This document shows positions 9,332-19,343 of a DNA stretch of 64,000 nucleotides, piece after piece. The DNA is taken from positions 1 to 64,000 of the forward strand of contig JBMFSH010000012.1 in the NCBI GenBank assembly GCA_049967655.1, in the 5' to 3' direction. This stretch comes from Acidobacteriota bacterium. GTDB taxonomy: Bacteria > Acidobacteriota > UBA4820 > DSQY01. A program made the translations under genes and the position numbers. A model generated the notes under the pieces. It searched no databases and was not told the DNA's origin. It worked only from the letters and a program-made list of their open reading frames with translations. Numbering within the stretch: the stretch's first letter is position 1; every line of letters begins with the position of its first letter.

Positions 9332-10072
9332 CTATTCGGAGGCCCGAGGCAGGTGGGGAGCCAGGCGACGCAGGAAGCTCCTGATAAGCCCCACCTCACG
9401 CCTGGAAAGTCCGAATCGGTGCAGCATGGAGCGCAGCTCCCGGCCCACCGGGGCGCCGGGGTGGCGGAGGAAGCGGATCCGCTCCGCCACATTGAGCAGC
9501 TGCTGCGCGGCCGCCTCCACCTGCTCGTGGTTCGCCGGCTCCGGCGCGGCGGCCGGCGCGGCCCCGCCTCCGGCGCGGAAGGCCAGGTAGGCCAGCAGGA
9601 CCGCGGACTGCGCCACGTTCAGGTCCCGGTAGGCAGGGTCCGTGGGAATCACCACGACCCGCCCGCACGCCGACAGCTCTCGCAGGGTCAGCCCCGACGA
9701 CTCGGAACCGAAGACGAGCGCCGCATCCACGCCGGGCCGGCCGACCCGATCCGCCGCCGCCTCGGGCGTCAGGGTGGGGAGTTTGGCGTGGGCGTGCGGG
9801 GCGGTGGCCAACACCACCTGGCACCCCGCCACGGCCTCCTCGAGAGATCCGACGGTCCGGGCCGCGCCGAGAACGTCGACGGCCCCCCACGCCGTACGGC
9901 GGGACTCGGTCTCGAAGAGGGGCGGAGATCCCGGAAGGTCTTGTGAGCGGTGAAGGCGGGGATCCACCAGGATGAGATCCTGGAATCCGAAGTTCTTCAT
10001 GGCACGCGCCACGGAGCCGACGTTGGCGGGGGTCCTGGGACGGACCAGGACGAACCGAAGAGGAGCCATCAC
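9332..10072 (-). CDS. trmJ: TrmJ/LasT family tRNA/rRNA methyltransferase (SPOUT)
   Basis: NVGSVARAMKNFG, LVFGSESSGL, LNVAQS. Confidence 0.88.
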   Translation of the reverse strand: MMAPLRFVLVRPRTPANVGSVARAMKNFGFQDLILVDPRLHRSQDLPGSPPLFETESRRTAWGAVDVLGAARTVGSLEEAVAGCQVVLATAPHAHAKLPTLTPEAAADRVGRPGVDAALVFGSESSGLTLRELSACGRVVVIPTDPAYRDLNVAQSAVLLAYLAFRAGGGAAPAAAPEPANHEQVEAAAQQLLNVAERIRFLRHPGAPVGRELRSMLHRFGLSRREVGLIRSFLRRLAPHLPRASE

Positions 10073-11097
10073 CGAACCTCAGCCGCGCCCGGCCGCCGCT
10101 GGAACCGGTTGACGGCCCGGTCGTGTTCGGCGAGTGTTCGCGAGAAGTAGTGCGTCCCGTCGTTCCGGCTTACGAAGTAGAGGTAGTCGGATGGGGTCGG
10201 GTGGAGCACCGCCTCGAGGGAGGCCTTGCCGGGGCTGCAGATGGGGCCAGGCGGGAGGCCTGCGTGAAGATAGGTGTTGTAGGGACTCGCGTATGCCAAG
10301 TCCTGTCGGGTGAGGTACCCCCGGTAGACGCCGCCCATGGTTTCGGCGTACACGATGGTGGGGTCGGTCTGAAGCGGCATGCCGATGCGCAATCGGTTCA
10401 AGAAGACGTCGGCCACCAGCGGGCGCTCCTGCGGCGCGGCCGTCTCCTTCTCCACCAGGGAAGCCAGGGTGACCACCTCGCGGATCGGCATGCCACCCGA
10501 ATTCGGCAGTCCGACCTTCTCCCACCAGGACCGAAAGCTCGCCACGAGCACCTTCAGGACGGCCTCCTCGCGCAGATCCGGATCCATCAGATAGGTCTCG
10601 GGGAAGAGATACCCCTCCAGCGTGGTGGCCGAGGGGTCCAGGTCCCGGATCAGGGCCGGATCGGAGGTGAGCTTCAGGAATGTCTTCTCGCGGCCCAGGC
10701 CGGCGGCCGCCAGCAGGTGGGCCACCTCGTCGCGGCGGAGCCCTTCGGGGATGGTCACCTTGATGAGGATGACCTCTCCCTCGTTCAAGACCTGCACCAC
10801 CTGAAGGGGCGTCATGGGCTTTTCGAAGCGGTAGGTCCCGGCCTTCAAAGTCTTGGGATGGCCGAACAGGGAGAAGGCCAGTTTCAGCGAGAAGCGGCTG
10901 CGGACGACCCCTTCCGCCGCCATCCGCTCCAGGACCTGTCCGGCGCTCATGCCCCTGGGCACGTGCACGAGGACGACCCTCGGCCTGGAGGGGTAAGGTT
11001 CGTGCCAGTCCCAGGCCAGCCAGGCCGCGAATAGGGCACAGACCGCGACCGCGACGAGCACGGTTCCCAGAGCCACCCGTCTCGCCCAGACCGTCAT
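10069..11097 (-). CDS. mltG: Endolytic transglycosylase MltG
   Basis: TIPEG, LEGYLFPETY, ASLVEKE, LQTDPT, SPYNTY..GLPPGPI. Confidence 0.96.
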   Translation of the reverse strand: MTVWARRVALGTVLVAVAVCALFAAWLAWDWHEPYPSRPRVVLVHVPRGMSAGQVLERMAAEGVVRSRFSLKLAFSLFGHPKTLKAGTYRFEKPMTPLQVVQVLNEGEVILIKVTIPEGLRRDEVAHLLAAAGLGREKTFLKLTSDPALIRDLDPSATTLEGYLFPETYLMDPDLREEAVLKVLVASFRSWWEKVGLPNSGGMPIREVVTLASLVEKETAAPQERPLVADVFLNRLRIGMPLQTDPTIVYAETMGGVYRGYLTRQDLAYASPYNTYLHAGLPPGPICSPGKASLEAVLHPTPSDYLYFVSRNDGTHYFSRTLAEHDRAVNRFQRRPGAAEVR

Positions 11098-11513
11098 GGG
11101 GTACCGGCGTCCAGATAACTCTGGAGCAGGATGGCGGCGGCGACCTGGTCCAAACGCCCCTTCTCCCTGCGCCGCCGCTCGCCGTGCTCTTGAAGCACCC
11201 GCGAGGCCTCACGGCTCGTGAGCCGTTCGTCGGCGAGCCGAACCGTCACCCCCGGCAGGCGGGCGGCGATCTCCTCGGCCAACGCGCGGGCCTCTCGGGC
11301 GCTCTCACCTTCGCCTCCCTCCATGTGAAGGGGGTGGCCGATGAGGATGGTGCTGACCCCGTGCTCGACCGCCACCGCGATCACGCGCCTGAGCGCCTCG
11401 CGGTGAGAGCTGATCTCCAGCGTGGGCAGGGGCCGGGCGATGGTCCTCGTCTCGTCCGAGACGGCCATCCCGACCCGCCGCTTTCCCCAGTCTACTGCCA
11501 TCACTCTTCCCAT
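11094..11513 (-). CDS. ruvX: Holliday junction resolvase-like / pre-16S rRNA nuclease YqgF
   Basis: AVDWGKRRVGMAVSD, DERLTS, LDQVAAAILLQSYLD. Confidence 0.95.
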   Translation of the reverse strand: MGRVMAVDWGKRRVGMAVSDETRTIARPLPTLEISSHREALRRVIAVAVEHGVSTILIGHPLHMEGGEGESAREARALAEEIAARLPGVTVRLADERLTSREASRVLQEHGERRRREKGRLDQVAAAILLQSYLDAGTP

Positions 11514-11534
11514 GACGTCATCCTACAACGACCC

Positions 11535-11675
11535 AAATTCCGCGATGGAAACGCGGGTGCCTCCGACTACCGCTCGGGTTCACCGGGGAAAGGCGTTGTC
11601 TCCTGGACGGGGAGGGCCATTCCCTCCCCGCTCCACGGGCCAAGCCCGTGGAGCCTGACCCCACCCTTGGTGCCC
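11535..11675 (-). repeat. Dispersed structured repeat, copy B (overlaps menG 3' end)
   Basis: Near-identical to 1-77 and 39103-39228; perfect hairpins CGGGGAGGG-ccatt-CCCTCCCCG and CTCCACGGGC-caa-GCCCGTGGAG. Confidence 0.9.
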
Positions 11676-12397
11676 CTCTCGGCCACGTGGAGAGTGGCGA
11701 TGCCGCCCGTCAGCGGATGCTGTCGAACCTCGGCAAAGCCGTTTCGCCGCATGGTCATGGCGAATTGCTCGGGCTCTGGAAAGCCCTGGACGGTGGCCGC
11801 GAGGTAACCATAGGGACCCCTGACGCGGCTGAAGAGCGCCCCGATCCGGGGCAGCAGGCGGTGGAAATAGAGGCGGTAGAGGGGACCGAAGAGGCGGCCC
11901 CGCGGCTCCGAAAACTCCAGAACCACGAGCCGTCCACCGGGTTTGAGCACCCGGGCGGCCTCCGCGAGCCCCCGCTCCAGATCCTCGAAATTGCGCACCC
12001 CGAAGGCCACCGTAATGCCATCCACGCAGTCGTCGCGCAGGGGCAGGCGGAGCGCGTCCGCCTGTACCCAGCAGATCCCGCTCCCCTGACGTCGGGCCTT
12101 CTTCATCGCGATCTCCAGCATGGGTCCCGTAAAATCCAGGCCCATCACCCTGGCGCCCGAACGCCTCGCCAGCGCGAAGGCGAGGTCTCCCGTGCCCGTG
12201 CAGAGGTCCAGGTAGAGGCCCCGAGGTTTGGGCTCCATGGCCCGGACAGCCATCCGTCTCCAGTAGCGGTCCACATTCAGAGATAGGGCGTGGTTCAGGA
12301 AATCGTAGGTGGGGGCGATGGCCCCGAACATGCGGGTCACCTCCCCGGCTTCCTTCCGCTGGGGGTCCGGAGCCACCCGGCGAACGGCCCTGATCAT
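11567..12397 (-). CDS. menG: Demethylmenaquinone methyltransferase UbiE/MenG with repeat-derived C-terminal extension
   Basis: MFGAIAPTYDFLNHALS, LDLCTGTGD, AFGVRN, RVLKPGG..VLEFS, LTGGIATLH. Confidence 0.93.
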   Translation of the reverse strand: MIRAVRRVAPDPQRKEAGEVTRMFGAIAPTYDFLNHALSLNVDRYWRRMAVRAMEPKPRGLYLDLCTGTGDLAFALARRSGARVMGLDFTGPMLEIAMKKARRQGSGICWVQADALRLPLRDDCVDGITVAFGVRNFEDLERGLAEAARVLKPGGRLVVLEFSEPRGRLFGPLYRLYFHRLLPRIGALFSRVRGPYGYLAATVQGFPEPEQFAMTMRRNGFAEVRQHPLTGGIATLHVAERGTKGGVRLHGLGPWSGEGMALPVQETTPFPGEPER

Positions 12398-13359
12398 GGC
12401 AGCTCGTCCGCCAGCGCCCTGGTCAGCTCCTCGGGGTTGCAGGTGGCCGTGCCCATCTTACCCACCACCACACCGGCCGCGGCGTTGGCCATGTGCGCCG
12501 CCTCCGACAGGGCAACGCCCGAGGCCAGGGCCAGGCTCAGCACGGCCACTACGGTGTCGCCCGCCCCGGTCACGTCGTAGACCTCGCGGACCCGGGCGGG
12601 GATGTGCTCCAAGGCTCCCGTCCGCCGAGCCAGGACCATGCCCTCCTCCCCCACCGTAAAGAGGATCGCCGCCCAGTCGGTGCGGGAAAAGAGCCCCGCG
12701 GCGGCGGCTCCCGCCTGCTCCAGCGAGAAGGCGTGGCCGCAGAGGCCCTCGGCCTCGGCACGGTTCGGCGTGAGAACCGTGGCCCCCGGATAGGGAAAGT
12801 GGGAGGGCTTGGGATCCACGACGTAGGGGATGCCGGCGGCCTTGGCCATCTCGCCGACGGCCGCCAGGCTGGTGTGGTCAAAGAGCCCCTTGGCGTAGTC
12901 CGAGACCACGAGTGCCCCACACCCGGGCAATGCGCTCTCTATGGAGGTCAGGACTCTCTGGCGCGCCCGCTCGTCCAGAGGCTCCTTCACCTCGCGATCG
13001 ACGCGTACCACCTGCTGGTGGTGCGCGACGATACGGGTCTTCACGGTGGTGAGGCGCCCGGCGATTTCGACCAGCGCGTCGGTGGAGAGTCCGGCGCCCG
13101 CCAGCACTTCGAGGAACTGCCTCCCGGTGGGATCGTCCCCGATCGCACCCACCAGGGTCACCGCCCCTCCGAGGGCCACGATGTTGTTGGCCACGTTCGC
13201 CGCCCCACCGGGCAGGGCCCGTTCGCTGGTCACCTCCACCACCGGGATGGGGGCCTCGGGCGAAATACGGTGGACGGATCCGTAGACGAAGCGGTCGAGG
13301 ATCAGGTCCCCGGCCACCAAAATCTTTATCCCTCGCCAGTCTGGCAGCCCACTTCTCAT
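12394..13359 (-). CDS. rfaE1: D-glycero-beta-D-manno-heptose-7-phosphate kinase (RfaE domain I)
   Basis: GDLILD, RISPEAPIPV, GGAANVA, SDYAKG, VYDVTGAGDTV. Confidence 0.93.
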   Translation of the reverse strand: MRSGLPDWRGIKILVAGDLILDRFVYGSVHRISPEAPIPVVEVTSERALPGGAANVANNIVALGGAVTLVGAIGDDPTGRQFLEVLAGAGLSTDALVEIAGRLTTVKTRIVAHHQQVVRVDREVKEPLDERARQRVLTSIESALPGCGALVVSDYAKGLFDHTSLAAVGEMAKAAGIPYVVDPKPSHFPYPGATVLTPNRAEAEGLCGHAFSLEQAGAAAAGLFSRTDWAAILFTVGEEGMVLARRTGALEHIPARVREVYDVTGAGDTVVAVLSLALASGVALSEAAHMANAAAGVVVGKMGTATCNPEELTRALADELP

Positions 13360-13378
13360 GCCTCCCCCCACCCGTCGG

Positions 13379-13795
13379 TCATATACCGGCTTCCCACAAA
13401 TACCACCAGTTCAGTAGAAACGCCACGAGCAGGCCAAGCCAGAACCACTTCTCCTCCCTCGGCGAGAGTTCGATGATGAAATCCCGTTCGGCGAAGCGGG
13501 CCACCAGCCCGACGAGAGTCCAGAGAACGAGGGCGGCCAGGATGAGGAGCAGGAGCGGATTGCTGTGAAAGGAGGCGGCCAGCCTCCCGTGCAGCAGGTC
13601 CAGCACCATCCTCGTGGCCCCGCAGGTGGGGCAGGGGTGGCCGGTGATTAGATGGAAGCCGCAAGGCGGCAGGAACCTCGCCGGGAGGCGCTCCGCCACC
13701 AGGCCAGCCGCGCCCAGCACCAGCAACCCCAGCCCCACGCCGACCCACGCGGGAGTGGGATTCTCTTTCCGGTGCGGAGCCAACCCAAGCTTCAC
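13379..13795 (-). CDS. DUF2752 family membrane protein
   Basis: C.F..ITG.PCPTCGATR...NP motif with TM helices. Confidence 0.88.
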   Translation of the reverse strand: MKLGLAPHRKENPTPAWVGVGLGLLVLGAAGLVAERLPARFLPPCGFHLITGHPCPTCGATRMVLDLLHGRLAASFHSNPLLLLILAALVLWTLVGLVARFAERDFIIELSPREEKWFWLGLLVAFLLNWWYLWEAGI

Positions 13796-15132
13796 TTCGG
13801 CCCCGCCTTCGACGTCCCCTTCACCAAGGTAAAGGAGGCCACGATCTTGCCCCAGGCTTGCTCGGGCAGGACGAAGGCCACGCTGCGCTTGGCGGGGTGG
13901 GCGTACCAGGTTCCTGAGGAATCCCGGCCCAGCTCCACGCGGTCCGAGAAGCCCTGTCCCCGGAAGGTGATCGTCACGGCGGGCGGAGAGAGCCCGAGTT
14001 TACCGGGTTCCGTAAGGGGCACCGCCCGCTCACCGCGAAGGGAGGAGAGGCCATCGGCCAGAATGCTGGCTTGGGCCCCCTTGGGTGGGAGCTTCGGTTG
14101 GGTGAACACCCAGCCCAGCTTCTCGTCCCGCTTCAATGCGAGGGAGTAGAGGCCCGAGACGCCGATCTCCTGGACATCGTAGAAGTCGTGCGATATGAGG
14201 TTCATGGAGCGCAGCTTCTCCGGATCCTGGTCCAGGGACTTCAGCGAGTTGAGGGAGACGGCCATGACCGACGGGCGGTTGGAGACCCAGGCGTAGACCA
14301 GCCGCTTCTCGGGCGCGCCGCCGGGGACGGCCTTCCCGAGCTTGGCCTCGATGGTCTGGCCCTTGGCCGTCACCAGAATGTCGGTGGAGGGCGGATCGAG
14401 GCCGTAGGTGGACAGGTCGGCCGGCTTGTCCGAAACGTATTGGTCCACGGGGCAGAGGGAGATGTCGTCGAGGAGATTCTCGATCTGGTTGGTGTCCCCG
14501 CGGTCGCTGAAGGGGGCGGTGACGCTCCACCCTCCTGCGGGGTCGCGAGAGAGGGCGAGCGTCTCGGCTCCACCGCGCAGGACCTTCAGAGACTGGATGT
14601 CCGCCGTTCCGACCGTGAGGAGGTCCTTGGAGCGGAAGCTGGACACGGGTTCGAGGAGTAGGCTTTCGAGGTCCGGCGCCACCAGGGCGGTCCGGGCGCC
14701 GATCCGCACGTAGAGCCCTTCGTCCAGGGGCGCCTTGGCCCCCACGTCCAGGACCACCGGCTTCGTCGGCCCCTTCAACGTCCACACGGCCCTGGGCGGG
14801 GAGAGGCCCAGCTCCGCCTCCGATGCGGTGGGTTCCACCCAGCGCAGGACCGTCGCCCTGGAGAGGCGGTCCAGGAAGCCCTCCACTCCGTAGCGGTCGG
14901 CGGCGTCGTCAACGGGCTGGCTCACTCGCCAGCCGCCTCCCTTTTCTTTGACCAGGGAAATCGCCCCCTGCCCGCTGCGGCTCAACTGGCTGACCTGGTC
15001 GGGTTTGAAGTCCACGAGACGGTTGCGCCGCTCGGCGATCTGCTCCGTGCTGGGCTGCTTCCGCTCCCAGAGGGCGATGAAGGAGACCAAGAGCGCCACC
15101 ATGGCCAGCAGAATCCACGTGGATCTCTTCAT
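13792..15132 (-). CDS. DUF4340 domain periplasmic protein (Gld-like ABC system accessory)
   Basis: N-terminal TM anchor; three repeats with W....P and GL.PP motifs; follows the GldG-like gene. Confidence 0.82.
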   Translation of the reverse strand: MKRSTWILLAMVALLVSFIALWERKQPSTEQIAERRNRLVDFKPDQVSQLSRSGQGAISLVKEKGGGWRVSQPVDDAADRYGVEGFLDRLSRATVLRWVEPTASEAELGLSPPRAVWTLKGPTKPVVLDVGAKAPLDEGLYVRIGARTALVAPDLESLLLEPVSSFRSKDLLTVGTADIQSLKVLRGGAETLALSRDPAGGWSVTAPFSDRGDTNQIENLLDDISLCPVDQYVSDKPADLSTYGLDPPSTDILVTAKGQTIEAKLGKAVPGGAPEKRLVYAWVSNRPSVMAVSLNSLKSLDQDPEKLRSMNLISHDFYDVQEIGVSGLYSLALKRDEKLGWVFTQPKLPPKGAQASILADGLSSLRGERAVPLTEPGKLGLSPPAVTITFRGQGFSDRVELGRDSSGTWYAHPAKRSVAFVLPEQAWGKIVASFTLVKGTSKAGPK

Positions 15133-15138
15133 GGCTCC

Positions 15139-16587
15139 TCACCTCCGTCGGCGCAGGTAGGCGAACACCCCCGCCGCTACAACCAGTCCGGGAAGGATGA
15201 CGACGAAGAGGATGAAGAGGAAGTTGGACTGCGAGGCGGTCAGCGTCAGGTGCGTCTCCACCTCGGTCTTGGGAGGAATGGCCAGCCGGCTGGTCTGGGA
15301 GAGCAGCCAGTGAATGGAGTTGAGACAGAAGAGGAGGTTTCCCGCCCCCGTCTGCAAGAGCCCGTCGCTCGCCACGTCCGAGTCGCCTACCACCACCAGG
15401 CGGCACTGGTCAGCCGTGTCCTTGGAGCTCACCGCGGCGGCCATGGTCAGGGGCCCCTGCGCGTCCGTCGGCTTTTTTTCGACGCCCTTGTCGATGTTGG
15501 CGAGATCCCGCATGCCCCACGACTGCGGCGAGGACTGCAGGAGAGCCTCGCAGTGGTAGGCCTTGTTCTGGGGGGTGCCGAGGGTGAGGGACTGGGCCAG
15601 GCTGAGGAGCACGGGCAGCTTGTTCTGGACCAGGTCCTTCACAACAGGCTCTTCCCCCACGGCCTGGGCGAAGAAGGTCTGCGCTCCGAGGTAGGGCACC
15701 GATGCGGCCGGATCCACCGCGATGTCGTGCCCGAGCGTGATGCCCCATTCCTGGAGGGTCGTCCCCAGGCCCGTGGAGCCGAAGGTCGGCGGCTTTCCGC
15801 TCTCGATGACGGGATCCAGAAGAAAGAGGGCCTTCCCTCCCTTTTGGAGGTAGTGGTCGATAACCTGGGCCTCCTGCGGAAGGAAGGGGCTCTTGGGCCC
15901 CGCGATGACCAGCATGCTGGCGTCCGAGGGCACTTCGGTCTTGCCCAGGCTAGCCCATTCCAGGACCTTGGCGCCCTCCTTGGCGAGGCGGGCCTTCAGA
16001 AGGCTGATGCCCTCTCCTTGAGCGCCGGCGTCTCGCTCGCCGTGGCCGGTGGTGAAGTAGATCACGGGGGTCTCCGGGTGCTCCAGGCTGAAGATGGCGT
16101 TGGTGAAGGCCGCCTCGGCCTTGAAGCTCTTGATGGCGGGCTGGCCGCCGAGGCCCGCGCTGGAGAAGTCGTAATCCACCATCTGGTCCTTCTCCACGTA
16201 CTTGCTTTTGCCCCCGAGGGCGAAGACCACCACGTTGGCCATGGAGACCTTGTACTGCTGGGCAAGGGCCTCCATCCTGGCGCGCTGCCGGTCGGGATCG
16301 ATGGTCTCCACCTGCACCAGGGGGCTGGCGGCGGCGTAGCCGTCCAACAGGTCCTTCACCCTCTCGTACAGGGGATCGTTGGGGGCGAGAAAGACCACGA
16401 CCTTGAGCGGCTCCTTGAGCTCTCCGAGCACCTTTTTGGTCTCCTGAGAAATGGTGAAGGAGCGGCTGGCCGTGAGGTCCCACCGGTGGTAGTGGCGGAA
16501 GGCCAGGTAGTTCACAATCAGGAAGAGAGCGGTCAGGAGCACCAGGAAGACGCTCCAGTTGGTCTCTTGCAGGAGTCTTTTCTTCAT
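15139..16587 (-). CDS. GldG-like ABC transporter auxiliary component
   Basis: RWDLT...TIS..T, YFTTGHGE, LVVVGDSD, C-terminal TM ending in RRRR. Confidence 0.9.
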   Translation of the reverse strand: MKKRLLQETNWSVFLVLLTALFLIVNYLAFRHYHRWDLTASRSFTISQETKKVLGELKEPLKVVVFLAPNDPLYERVKDLLDGYAAASPLVQVETIDPDRQRARMEALAQQYKVSMANVVVFALGGKSKYVEKDQMVDYDFSSAGLGGQPAIKSFKAEAAFTNAIFSLEHPETPVIYFTTGHGERDAGAQGEGISLLKARLAKEGAKVLEWASLGKTEVPSDASMLVIAGPKSPFLPQEAQVIDHYLQKGGKALFLLDPVIESGKPPTFGSTGLGTTLQEWGITLGHDIAVDPAASVPYLGAQTFFAQAVGEEPVVKDLVQNKLPVLLSLAQSLTLGTPQNKAYHCEALLQSSPQSWGMRDLANIDKGVEKKPTDAQGPLTMAAAVSSKDTADQCRLVVVGDSDVASDGLLQTGAGNLLFCLNSIHWLLSQTSRLAIPPKTEVETHLTLTASQSNFLFILFVVILPGLVVAAGVFAYLRRRR

Positions 16588-16591
16588 GGGG

Positions 16592-17332
16592 CTATCTCCA
16601 ACGCCGAGTCTGCATGGCCTGATACCCGAGGGCCAGAAAAAGAGCGGTTCCTGACAGGCAGTAGACCACCGATCGGCTGTCCACCACCCCCTTGGCGAAG
16701 CCCTGCATGATCGACCAAAGATCCACGTACTGAAGAATGGGCTTCCAGAAGGGATCGGTCACCAGGAAGGTGAGGATGGAGATCAGGATCAGCAGGAGCA
16801 GTATGGCGAAGCACAGGATGGCCGCCACCACCTGATTCTTGGAGACCAGGCTCGTAAACAGGCCGATGGCGATGAAGAACATGCCCACCATCAGCACGCC
16901 CAGATAGCCCGAGATCACGGGGCCTGCGTCCACCTTCGAGTAGGCCGTGAGCGCCCAGACGTAAAGGACCGTGGGCAGCCAGGCCGCCGCGTAGAGAGCC
17001 ATGGCGCCCAGATACTTGCCGATCACCACCTCCAGATCGGAGACGGGAGCGGTCATGAGGGTCTCGATGGTCCCGGTCTTTCGCTCCTCGGCCCCCAGCT
17101 TCATGGTGATGACCGGGGTCATGACGATCATGAAGATCCAGAAGAAGGTGGTGCCGCCGAAGAAGAGAAGCATGGGCTGGGCCGAGAAGGCTCCGGGCTG
17201 ACTCAGGGCCGCCAGGATCACGGAGAAGATGAATCCGTTCATGAGGAGGAAGGCGGCGATCACGATGTAGGCCATGGGGGCGAAGAAGTAGCTCGTCAAT
17301 TCCTTCCGGGCGATGGCCATCACCGCTCTCAT
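16592..17332 (-). CDS. ABC-2 type permease (GldF-like)
   Basis: IARKEL.SYF..P.AY, AEERKTGTIETLMTAP, GKYLG. Confidence 0.92.
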   Translation of the reverse strand: MRAVMAIARKELTSYFFAPMAYIVIAAFLLMNGFIFSVILAALSQPGAFSAQPMLLFFGGTTFFWIFMIVMTPVITMKLGAEERKTGTIETLMTAPVSDLEVVIGKYLGAMALYAAAWLPTVLYVWALTAYSKVDAGPVISGYLGVLMVGMFFIAIGLFTSLVSKNQVVAAILCFAILLLLILISILTFLVTDPFWKPILQYVDLWSIMQGFAKGVVDSRSVVYCLSGTALFLALGYQAMQTRRWR

Positions 17333-18285
17333 GAGAGCACCTCCGGATTGTTCTCGTGGGTCATGATGGAGAGGAAGGCCTCCTCCAGCGAGACCTGCTG
17401 GACGCTCAACTCCAGAAGCGGCAGTCCGGCGGCGGCGCAGGCCCTGAAGATGCCCTCCCGCGCATCCACGCCCTGCGCCGTCAGAATGTGGAAGCGGGGC
17501 GGCCCTTCGGCTGCCGCCAGCCTCTCCACGCGCTCCACCCCCGGCACTCCTTCCAGGCAGCGCCGGGCCGCGTCGGCGTCCGCTGAGATGGTGCAGAGCA
17601 GCCCGGAGGCCTCGCCGCCGAGGCCCTGGCGAAGCTCGGAGACGGGGCCGTCGTAGAGCAGGGCTCCGTGATGGAGGATCAGGGCCCGGGAGCAGATGGC
17701 CTCCACCTCGGGCAGGATGTGGGTGGAGAGGATCACCGTGTGGTCGGCGCTCAGGGTCTTGATCAGCGAGCGGGTGTGCACGATCTGAACCGGATCCAGG
17801 CCCACCGTCGGCTCATCCAGGATCAGCACCGGTGGATTGGCAAGAAGGGCGTCGGCCAATCCTATCCTCTGGCGAAAGCCCTTCGAGCAGGCACCGATGA
17901 TCCGGTCCTTGACTTCGGTCACCTCGCAGGCCTCCAGAACCTCCTGGATACGGCCCTTGCGCGTTTTTCCGGGAATGCCCTTGAGGGCCGCACGGAAGGC
18001 GAGATATTCCTGGACGCGCAGGTCCTCGTAGAGGGGGTTGTTCTCGGGCAGATAGCCGATGAGCCGGCGCACCGCCTTGGTGTCCTCCTGCGCCGAATGG
18101 TCACCGACGAAGACCTCGCCAGACGTGGGGGGGAGAAAACCTGTCATGATCCGAAGAGTGGTAGACTTGCCGGCCCCGTTGGGCCCGAGAAAACCCACGA
18201 TTTCGCCGGGGCGGACTTGGAAGGAGACGTGATTGACGGCCGCAGTGTCGCCATACCTCTTGACCAGGTCCTTCACTTCGATCAT
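17329..18285 (-). CDS. ABC transporter ATP-binding protein (GldA-like)
   Basis: GPNGAGKST, SKGFRQRIG, ILDEPT, STH. Confidence 0.95.
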   Translation of the reverse strand: MIEVKDLVKRYGDTAAVNHVSFQVRPGEIVGFLGPNGAGKSTTLRIMTGFLPPTSGEVFVGDHSAQEDTKAVRRLIGYLPENNPLYEDLRVQEYLAFRAALKGIPGKTRKGRIQEVLEACEVTEVKDRIIGACSKGFRQRIGLADALLANPPVLILDEPTVGLDPVQIVHTRSLIKTLSADHTVILSTHILPEVEAICSRALILHHGALLYDGPVSELRQGLGGEASGLLCTISADADAARRCLEGVPGVERVERLAAAEGPPRFHILTAQGVDAREGIFRACAAAGLPLLELSVQQVSLEEAFLSIMTHENNPEVLS

Positions 18286-18303
18286 CCGGACCTCCAGATT
18301 GTG

Positions 18304-18648
18304 TCAGGCAGTGACGAGAAACAACGAAACCTTACGGGCGGTTTCCGCTTTGCCGGCGGAGTGGGCGCGCTCTTGCAAGGCCTGCAGGTGGCTCTTGCTG
18401 GGCGGGATACCCAGGGCTTTGCAGGTGTTCAGAAGAAGCAGAAGATCGGCACTCTCCACCGCCACATCCAGGAGTCTCTCCAGGGCCGGCGTGTCTTGGG
18501 CGGCTTGGTAGAACTCCAGGGCATCGTGGAGATTGCCCGCCCTTTCATAGGTGCTCCCCCAGGCGCTGAGTTCGGCTGGGGGCTCCGGACTGGTGTAGAG
18601 GATCTTGTGCTTCTCGGCTACCGTCAGGGGGAATTTGGCGCTCGCCAT
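18304..18648 (-). CDS. Hypothetical helical protein (114 aa)
   Basis: ATG preceded by GGAGG; co-oriented with the ABC operon; coding-like composition. Confidence 0.7.
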   Translation of the reverse strand: MASAKFPLTVAEKHKILYTSPEPPAELSAWGSTYERAGNLHDALEFYQAAQDTPALERLLDVAVESADLLLLLNTCKALGIPPSKSHLQALQERAHSAGKAETARKVSLFLVTA

Positions 18649-18768
18649 GCGGCATCCTCCGTGAAGGTGCCCAGCATACACCCGCCACCGCCGGGAGGCG
18701 AGGGGTGCTCCCGGGGGGATGCTCCCGGGAGACAAAAGGGGGCGCCCGAGAGAAGACGCTGGCAGGGC

Positions 18769-18796
18769 AAAAAAATAGGGGGGGCTTGCGCCCCCC
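18769..18796 (-). terminator. Rho-independent terminator of hsp20
   Basis: On minus strand GGGGGGC-gcaa-GCCCCCC followed by a U-tract, about 24 nt after the hsp20 stop. Confidence 0.8.
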
Positions 18797-18819
18797 GGCG
18801 GACAACGGCCTGGATGCGG

Positions 18820-19260
18820 TTAGCCCTTGATGGCGATACGCTTGGGTTTGGACTCCTCGGCCTTCGGGACGATGAGCTGCAAGATGCCGTCCTTGTAAGT
18901 GGCCGAGATCTTGTCGGCCTCCACTCGAGAGGGCAGGGTGAAGGAGCGCGTGAATCGGCCGTAGGCCCGCTCGATGCGATGGTAGGTCTCCTTTTGGGAC
19001 TCCGCCTCGAACTTCCTTTCGCCGCGGATGGTGAGGAGGTTGTTCTCCAGGTGAACCTCGATGTCCTCCCGCTTCATGCCGGGCATGTCGGCCTCGATGA
19101 CATACTGTCCCTCCTCTTCGCGCAGATCCACGGCGGGGCTCCAGGCTCCGTACTCCAATTCGGCTGACTGGGTTTTCCCGAAGTTTTCGTCGAAGAGACG
19201 GTTCAACTGATCATGCATGGTGAGCAGCTCCCGCATAGGGTTCCAACGACTGATGGCCAT
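18820..19260 (-). CDS. Hsp20/alpha-crystallin small heat shock protein
   Basis: WSPAVD, DMPG, LTIRGERK, ERAYGRFTRSFTLP, A.YKDGIL. Confidence 0.96.
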   Translation of the reverse strand: MAISRWNPMRELLTMHDQLNRLFDENFGKTQSAELEYGAWSPAVDLREEEGQYVIEADMPGMKREDIEVHLENNLLTIRGERKFEAESQKETYHRIERAYGRFTRSFTLPSRVEADKISATYKDGILQLIVPKAEESKPKRIAIKG

Positions 19261-19314
19261 GTGTGTAACCTCCTTTCTGTGGTTCAGGATGCCGTTTCAT
19301 CTGCATCCGGCTAT

Positions 19315-19343
19315 AATATAAAACCGCACAGTAATGTTGTCAA
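19315..19343 (-). promoter_or_regulatory. Sigma70-type promoter of hsp20
   Basis: Minus strand TTGACA-17 bp-TATATT in an AT-rich patch. Confidence 0.75.
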
